64,000 nucleotides of DNA from NCBI GenBank assembly GCA_043806135.1, contig JAZDHG010000009.1, forward strand, positions 430-64,429, read 5' to 3'. The notes beneath the pieces are model-generated. The model saw nothing but the letters and a program-made list of their open reading frames with translations, did not search any database and had not been told where the DNA came from. Made by a program: the position numbers and the translations under genes. Source of the stretch: Candidatus Omnitrophota bacterium. Lineage in GTDB: Bacteria; Omnitrophota; Gorgyraeia; B26-G9. How positions within the stretch are numbered: the stretch's first letter is position 1; every line of letters begins with the position of its first letter. Positions 58,712 to 64,000 of this stretch are shown here, one piece after another.

Positions 58712-59305
58712 ATGGAAATAAATTTTGTTAAAATATTCGGGATCATAATTTCAGCTGTTTTTGTGAATAATTTTGTGTTTTCTCGTTTTCTGGGGTTGTG
58801 CTCATTCGTTGGTATATCTAAAAAACTTGATGTAGCTCTGGGCATGGGTATTGCCATGACATTTGTGGTCACAATGTCATCAATAATAACATGGCCTGTG
58901 TATCATTTTATTCTAGTGCCTTTTCATCTTGAATATCTGAATATAATAACTTTTATTTTGATCATTGCCTGCTTTGTGCAGCTGGTTGAAATGTTTATGC
59001 ATAAATTCAACCTAGCACTGTATAAAGCCCTGGGTATATACCTGCCGCTTATTACAGTTAATTGTGTTGTACTTTTTGTTACGCTTTTGAATGTTCAGGA
59101 TAATTTAAATTTCGTGGAAAGCATTATCCAAGGATTCAGCGCAGGAGTTGGGTTTGCCATGGCGCTTGTTCTGATGACCAGCATCAGAGAAAAACTTGAA
59201 ATGGCAAAAATTCCAGAGCTTTTAAAAGGAACTCCGATAGCTTTTATCATCGCCGGGTTAATGTCGCTTGCATTCCTGGGGTTCAGCGGTCTGACAATCG
59301 GATAA
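58712..59305 (+). CDS. rsxA: Rnf/Rsx complex subunit A
   Basis: NNFVFSRFLGLC, LGIYLPLITVNC, G.PIAFI.AGLMSLAF.GF. Confidence 0.93.
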   Translation: MEINFVKIFGIIISAVFVNNFVFSRFLGLCSFVGISKKLDVALGMGIAMTFVVTMSSIITWPVYHFILVPFHLEYLNIITFILIIACFVQLVEMFMHKFNLALYKALGIYLPLITVNCVVLFVTLLNVQDNLNFVESIIQGFSAGVGFAMALVLMTSIREKLEMAKIPELLKGTPIAFIIAGLMSLAFLGFSGLTIG

Positions 59306-59309
59306 GCCT

Positions 59310-59960
59310 ATGAATCTAAAAACAAAAATTCGCAGATACTTTATAGCGGGCATCGTTGTCCTGCTGCCTTTGTTCATCACAATCTATGCTCTTTCTATCA
59401 GCGTAAGATTTCTGGATAACCTGCTGGGACGCTTTATCAGGCCGTATATTGAAATCACTTACGGCAGATCATTTTTTGGTCTTGGTCTGCTGGCTATAAT
59501 CGTGATTATTTTTCTTACGGGCATTCTGGCAACCAATGTTTTTATAAAAAGAGTGATGCCTTTTTTTGAACGAATATTTTTGCGTATTCCGTTTGTTTAT
59601 CAAATCTACCCTTCAATAAAACAGCTTGTTAAATTTCTTTTTTCAGAAGACAAACTTCACTTTAAGAAAGTTGTATTGTTTGAATATCCGAGAAAAGATG
59701 CTTTTACATTAGGTTTTATTACTAATGAATTCAAGTCAGAAAGCATCGCCGGAGCAGACTTGGACTCGGTTTGTGTTTATATTTCTTCTGCCCCGAATCC
59801 CATAACCGGCTTTTTTGTGATCGTGCCGAAAAGAGATGTTACGGTATTGGACATAACCATTGAGGATGCTTTCAAGATAATTATTTCCGGCGGAGTGCTT
59901 ATGCCCAAAGATCTTCTTGCCCAAAAACTCAATCTGAGAAGAATAGACGAACCCGGATAA
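59310..59960 (+). CDS. DUF502 family membrane protein
   Basis: FIAG.VVLLP, RIP.V..IY, EYPR, PNPITGF, IISGG. Confidence 0.88.
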   Translation: MNLKTKIRRYFIAGIVVLLPLFITIYALSISVRFLDNLLGRFIRPYIEITYGRSFFGLGLLAIIVIIFLTGILATNVFIKRVMPFFERIFLRIPFVYQIYPSIKQLVKFLFSEDKLHFKKVVLFEYPRKDAFTLGFITNEFKSESIAGADLDSVCVYISSAPNPITGFFVIVPKRDVTVLDITIEDAFKIIISGGVLMPKDLLAQKLNLRRIDEPG

Positions 59961-60010
59961 GGGCGCATATAAATTCTAATAGATGATTTTAAAACAGAAA
60001 GTGTGATAAG

Positions 60011-61141
60011 GTGAAGATTTTAATTATCCACGCTACTGCCGGTGCCGGCCATCTTAAAGCCGCACAAGCCCTGCATCAGGCATTTTTTACTAATGCCCAA
60101 GAGAGTGATGAAATTAAGAAAATTGATGCGCTAGATTATACAAATGATTTTTTCAAAAAAGCGTATCCAGCTGTCTATATTTTTTTGGTAAAATATGTTC
60201 CGTTTTTATGGGGCTGGATATTTCATCTGCTTAACTGCGGCTCACTTAGACCGATCATAAGGCCTATGCGTCACTTTTTTAACTCTATACAGTGTAAAAA
60301 GCTGATCAGCTATGTTTTAAATGAAGCCCCGGATGCGGTGATTTGCGAGCATTTTCTTTCTGCGGAGTTGATGTCGCATTTAAAGCGTAAAGGGAAATTC
60401 AAAGGTTATGTGCTTTGCGGAGTGACAGATTTTGGTGTGCATCAGTTCTGGATCAATGAGGGAACTGATTTTTATTTTGTGGCAAGTGAGATGACCAAGG
60501 ATGAACTTGTTTGTAAGAGAGTGCCTGAAGAGAAGGTAATAATCACGGGTATCCCTGTTGAGGAAAAATTTTCTAAGAAAATCTCCAAAACCCAGATGCG
60601 TTTAAAATTAGGGCTTGATGAAAGTAAATTTACGGTGCTGATCACCAGCGGAGGATTTGGAGTTGGTCCGATCAAAAAGATAGCCGGGCTTTTGGATGAA
60701 ATCCAGGCGGATCTTCAAATGCTGGTGATCTGCGGCCAGAACCCTCAACTTCTGGATTTTTTTAAACATCAAACCTTTAAAAAGAAGATTAAGGTTTTCG
60801 GTTATGTTAATAATATGGAGGAGTGTATGGAGGCCTCTGATATTATAATCTCAAAGTCCGGAGGATTGACTGTGTCTGAGTCGCTGGTGAAAGGGCTTCC
60901 CATGCTCATTATCCGACCCATACCAGGACAGGAAATGAGGAACGCCCAGATAATCGAAGACTATAAAATAGGCATCAGGATAAATTGTATCAGCGAGTTA
61001 ACTGAACAGGTAGAAAAAATGCTTGAGGGCGAGGGTAAAGTTTTAAAGGAAATGAAGGATAATGCCTTAAAACTGGCAAAACCGGACGCAGCGCAAAGGA
61101 TATGTCAATGGGTGACGGAAAACTTATTACCGAGGAAATAA
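60011..61141 (+). CDS. MGDG synthase/UgtP-family glycosyltransferase
   Basis: GAGH..AA, VTDF..H..W, TGIPV, SKSGGLT.SE, PGQE..N. Confidence 0.85.
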   Translation: MKILIIHATAGAGHLKAAQALHQAFFTNAQESDEIKKIDALDYTNDFFKKAYPAVYIFLVKYVPFLWGWIFHLLNCGSLRPIIRPMRHFFNSIQCKKLISYVLNEAPDAVICEHFLSAELMSHLKRKGKFKGYVLCGVTDFGVHQFWINEGTDFYFVASEMTKDELVCKRVPEEKVIITGIPVEEKFSKKISKTQMRLKLGLDESKFTVLITSGGFGVGPIKKIAGLLDEIQADLQMLVICGQNPQLLDFFKHQTFKKKIKVFGYVNNMEECMEASDIIISKSGGLTVSESLVKGLPMLIIRPIPGQEMRNAQIIEDYKIGIRINCISELTEQVEKMLEGEGKVLKEMKDNALKLAKPDAAQRICQWVTENLLPRK

Positions 61142-61806
61142 GACAAAATCTTGAGCAGATCAAACTGCGTCTTGAGTTTGAGGAGTATTTTTCTAAAGAG
61201 GGCATTCCTTTTGCTAATGTACTGACAGTTAATGCACCCACAGATAAAAAAGAAGCGTTTGAGGCGCTTCTGAGTCTTGCAGAAAAATGTCAGATGTGTT
61301 CGTTATATAAGACAAGGACAAATCTTGTTTTCGGAGACGGCAGCCTGAATGCCCAGATCATGTTCGTGGGAGAAGCTCCGGGACGGGAGGAGGACTTAGC
61401 CGGAATTCCTTTTGTCGGTGCTGCCGGTCAGCTGCTTACCAAGATCATAAAGGCCATGAAACTTGAGCGCAGTGATGTATTTATTACTAATGTATTGCGC
61501 TGCCGTCCACCGGAAAACCGTAATCCGCTGCCTGAAGAGGTGGTCTGCTGCAGGCCTTATCTGCTTGAACTGGTAAAAATAATTAAGCCTAAGATAATTT
61601 GCACTCTGGGGAAATTTGCCGCGCATGCAATGCTGAATGTTACAAGACCGATCTCAAGGCTCAGAGGAAATTTTTATGATTTTGAAGGGATTAAACTTAT
61701 GCCTACCTACCATCCGGCATATCTTTTGCGCAACCCTCAAGATAAAAAACTTGTCTGGGATGACATGAAAAGAATAATGAAATACCTAAAAGAAGATGAA
61801 ACTTGA
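61108..61806 (+). CDS. Uracil-DNA glycosylase family 4
   Basis: [30 protein letters not shown]. Confidence 0.92.
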   Translation: MGDGKLITEEIRQNLEQIKLRLEFEEYFSKEGIPFANVLTVNAPTDKKEAFEALLSLAEKCQMCSLYKTRTNLVFGDGSLNAQIMFVGEAPGREEDLAGIPFVGAAGQLLTKIIKAMKLERSDVFITNVLRCRPPENRNPLPEEVVCCRPYLLELVKIIKPKIICTLGKFAAHAMLNVTRPISRLRGNFYDFEGIKLMPTYHPAYLLRNPQDKKLVWDDMKRIMKYLKEDET

Positions 61807-62689
61807 CCGCTACATTGATGAATTTATTGATTACTTATCTTTGGAAAGAGGGCTTTCGCAAAATACGATTTCCTCTTACCGTCGCGATTTAAATAAATTT
61901 TCGCAATATATAGAGGATAACCATATTACTGATCTGCTCAATCCGACCAGGGAGGATTTTGTCGGTTTTATTTATGATCTTAAAGAAAAGAATCTAAAAT
62001 CAAGTTCAATTGCAAGAAATATAGTAGTTCTTAAGGTTTTTTATAGGTACCTGGTAAGCCAGAAATATACACTGAGGGACCCGGCTGAGCTTTTAGAGTC
62101 TCCTCGTTTATGGCGCTATCTGCCTGATGTGCTTTCTATACAGGAAGTGGAAAATTTTTTAAATGTGATAAGGGGGGATAAGATCAAGGAACTGCGCGAT
62201 CGGGCCTGTTTTGAATTACTTTATGCCACAGGTATGCGGGTTTCAGAGCTTGTTGATCTGAAACTAAAAGATATAGATTTTAAGCTCGGGGTCATACGCT
62301 GTTTCGGTAAAGGACAAAAAGAAAGAATTATTCCTATGGGAGGGTATGCTCAGTCAGCCCTGGTTGAATATTTGGAGAAAAGCAGAGGAAAATTGTTAAA
62401 AAACAAAGAGTCGAAGCATCTCTTTGTTTCTAAATTCGGGATGAAACTCAATCGAAGAAGGATATGGAAGCTTATTAAGCAGTATGTTGTTTTGGCAAAT
62501 ATTTCCAAGCGGGTTTCACCGCATACATTGCGTCATTCGTTCGCGACTCATTTACTGGAAAGGGGTGCGGATCTGCGTATTGTACAGGAACTTCTTGGTC
62601 ATAGCAATATTGCCACAACTCAGATATACACGCATGTAGATAAGAATAGGCTAAAATCAATTCATAGTAAATTCCATCCGCGGCCTTAA
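61796..62689 (+). CDS. xerD: Tyrosine recombinase XerD
   Basis: LYATGMRVSEL, GKGQKER, HTLRHSFATHLL, LLGHS, TTQIYTHV, HPR end. Confidence 0.9.
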   Translation: MKLDRYIDEFIDYLSLERGLSQNTISSYRRDLNKFSQYIEDNHITDLLNPTREDFVGFIYDLKEKNLKSSSIARNIVVLKVFYRYLVSQKYTLRDPAELLESPRLWRYLPDVLSIQEVENFLNVIRGDKIKELRDRACFELLYATGMRVSELVDLKLKDIDFKLGVIRCFGKGQKERIIPMGGYAQSALVEYLEKSRGKLLKNKESKHLFVSKFGMKLNRRRIWKLIKQYVVLANISKRVSPHTLRHSFATHLLERGADLRIVQELLGHSNIATTQIYTHVDKNRLKSIHSKFHPRP

Positions 62690-62846
62690 TTAGGCGTTTT
62701 GGCTCAGAAAGAGGTGGCGGTTCTATTTGATTGATGAATGATATTAGTTTTAACAGAGAACGATTCTTGAAAATAAGAAATGTTTTTGTTTTATGTTGTT
62801 GGGGTGATGCACCCGCATGATTTTCACTGAAAATCAAAACGCAAGT

Positions 62847-62979
62847 ACAGGCCTGCCCCAGACCCCAGCCTTCCCCCGCACCAGAAAGACGGAGTCTTAC
62901 GGTGCAGGGTAAAATTTCATTTGTTAAATTATGAAGCCATGCCATGTATCGAGCTTTACCCTGGTACATGGGAAGCAAA
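62847..62979. repeat. Repeat family B copy 3 (5'-shortened)
   Basis: Shares CAGCCTTCCCCCGCACCAGAAAGACGGAGTCTT...CATGGGAAGCAAA with the other copies. Confidence 0.88.
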
Positions 62980-63190
62980 ACTTGTCCCTCTTATTGATGG
63001 CGGGATAATGCACTTGGTTTTGAATGGAGAAAATATGACATGTGATATATTCAGTAATGCAATTATATTGCAGGCTAAACGCTGCTCGCTGAAAGTTGGA
63101 TATAATACAAAACTGATTGCAAAACTTATGTATCAAAGTAGGATATTAATTGTTTTCAGTTTTTGAAAGTTATGGTTTTTTTTGAATTTC

Positions 63191-63219
63191 TTGACAAAAT
63201 TGAAGATCACAGGTAAACT
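63191..63219 (+). promoter_or_regulatory. sigma70-type promoter
   Basis: TTGACA-17 nt-TAAACT. Confidence 0.6.
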
Positions 63220-63340
63220 TTATTCTAATAAGCAGAATGAGTTAGAATTCTGCGTATTAAATAAAATCATATAATTTTAATAGTCTAATATCGGAGAGAG
63301 ATGTTGATTGTTTTTCTACGATTAATCTGCTTTAAAATAT

Positions 63341-63375
63341 AATCTATTAGAAAAGATTTTCTAATAGATTTTTTT
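63341..63375 (+). terminator. Terminator-like hairpin in the leader of the last gene
   Basis: AATCTATTAGAAAA-GA-TTTTCTAATAGATT plus T run. Confidence 0.55.
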
Positions 63376-63409
63376 ATTTTAAGGATAAACAAAAAATGGA
63401 AGTGAATTT

Positions 63410-64000
63410 ATGAAGCTTTTAAAAAATCGTTGCCTTGAGAGCATAACTGTCTTAGTTGTATGTATTTTTATGGGTGAGGGGGCACTGCCTCTAATGTTTT
63501 CCGAAGCGAATGCTGCGCAATTTAAAGTTTTTGAGCATACATATATTCGCCAAGAAGGTACCCCGGCAATGGAAATTCTTGACTTTCCCGTGCTGAATCC
63601 TCAAATAGTATGGACTTTGCAGGCCTTTAACGGCGGCATGGAAGACGGCGAAACAGAGTACGAGAAAGTCTCAAGTGCTACGTTAAATGTAAACGGACTA
63701 GAAGTACTGCGTACAAACCAATTCAATCAAAATACCTCATATATAGAAGAAGTTGTAACCCTTTCTACAAATAATACTATATCTACTCAGCTGCGCAGTA
63801 AGCCCGGAGGCTGCTTAATGGTAGCTATTGTAGGGGAGGATGATCAGCCCCCAACAGCAGTATGGCAGAGCCCTGCTGATAATCAATTTTTCAAAACACA
63901 GCAGCTTACTGCAAGCCTAATTGTAGCTGATGATGTTTCCGGCTTAAACCCGCAAACTTTAAGCATTACAGACAATGCAAGTGATATTACCGACCAATTC
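63410..64000 (+). CDS. Secreted protein with Ig-like repeat start, 3'-truncated by window edge
   Basis: Open frame to the window end (not in the ORF track): MKLLKNRC...SEANA|AQF signal peptide, then D..PP....SP...DDVSGL Ig-like motif. Confidence 0.7.
   Translation, partial: MKLLKNRCLESITVLVVCIFMGEGALPLMFSEANAAQFKVFEHTYIRQEGTPAMEILDFPVLNPQIVWTLQAFNGGMEDGETEYEKVSSATLNVNGLEVLRTNQFNQNTSYIEEVVTLSTNNTISTQLRSKPGGCLMVAIVGEDDQPPTAVWQSPADNQFFKTQQLTASLIVADDVSGLNPQTLSITDNASDITDQF

Noticed and set aside
61796-62689. xerD as the integrase for the palindromic elements
   Set aside because: Looks like housekeeping XerD in a core context; the element junction (11-4-11) does not match dif geometry (11-6-11).
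227-63136. Numerous antisense ORFs of 60-180 aa in the ORF track
   Set aside because: Shadows of well-supported + strand genes, with no motifs.
1-64000. tRNA, rRNA, prophage, transposase genes
   Set aside because: No cloverleaf, rRNA or phage/transposase signatures recognised by eye; a tRNAscan/Rfam run would be needed to exclude them fully.

Overview
AT-rich bacterial chromosomal window with almost all genes on the + strand. Gene content and order resemble Candidatus Omnitrophota-like PVC bacteria (inference). 1-17 kb is a type IV pilus locus: pilC, minor pilins, a giant PilX-like protein, PilS/PilR, a sigma54-driven pilA plus two more pilins, a GAF-GGDEF cyclase, a PilM-PilN fusion and pilOPQ, led by a c-di-GMP-I riboswitch. 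The rest is mostly housekeeping: rimP-nusA-infB, trpS, scpAB, pheA-hisC-aroF-tyrA-cmk-plsC-rpsA, tyrS-recG, an EF-G paralog, yebC-ruvCAB-queH-queA-tgt, yajC-secDF, rnfEA, ugtP-like, udg and xerD. There are two small accessory islands (between rpsA and tyrS; glycerol genes between tgt and yajC). No rRNA, tRNA, CRISPR array or transposase gene was seen. Main discovery: a family of short palindromic elements (ends CCCCGTTAGAGA...TCTCTAACGGGG, flanked by a duplicated TTTA(C)) sits in frame exactly at the G|FT cleavage site of two prepilin genes. Each element rebuilds the G|FT site at its 3' end, so prepilin peptidase should remove the inserted peptide together with the leader. Related CCCCG...CGGGG hairpins also interrupt the riboswitch and other repeats. 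Many intergenic spaces hold nested stacks of short tandem-repeat arms and empty GxxExxY-type cassette shells.
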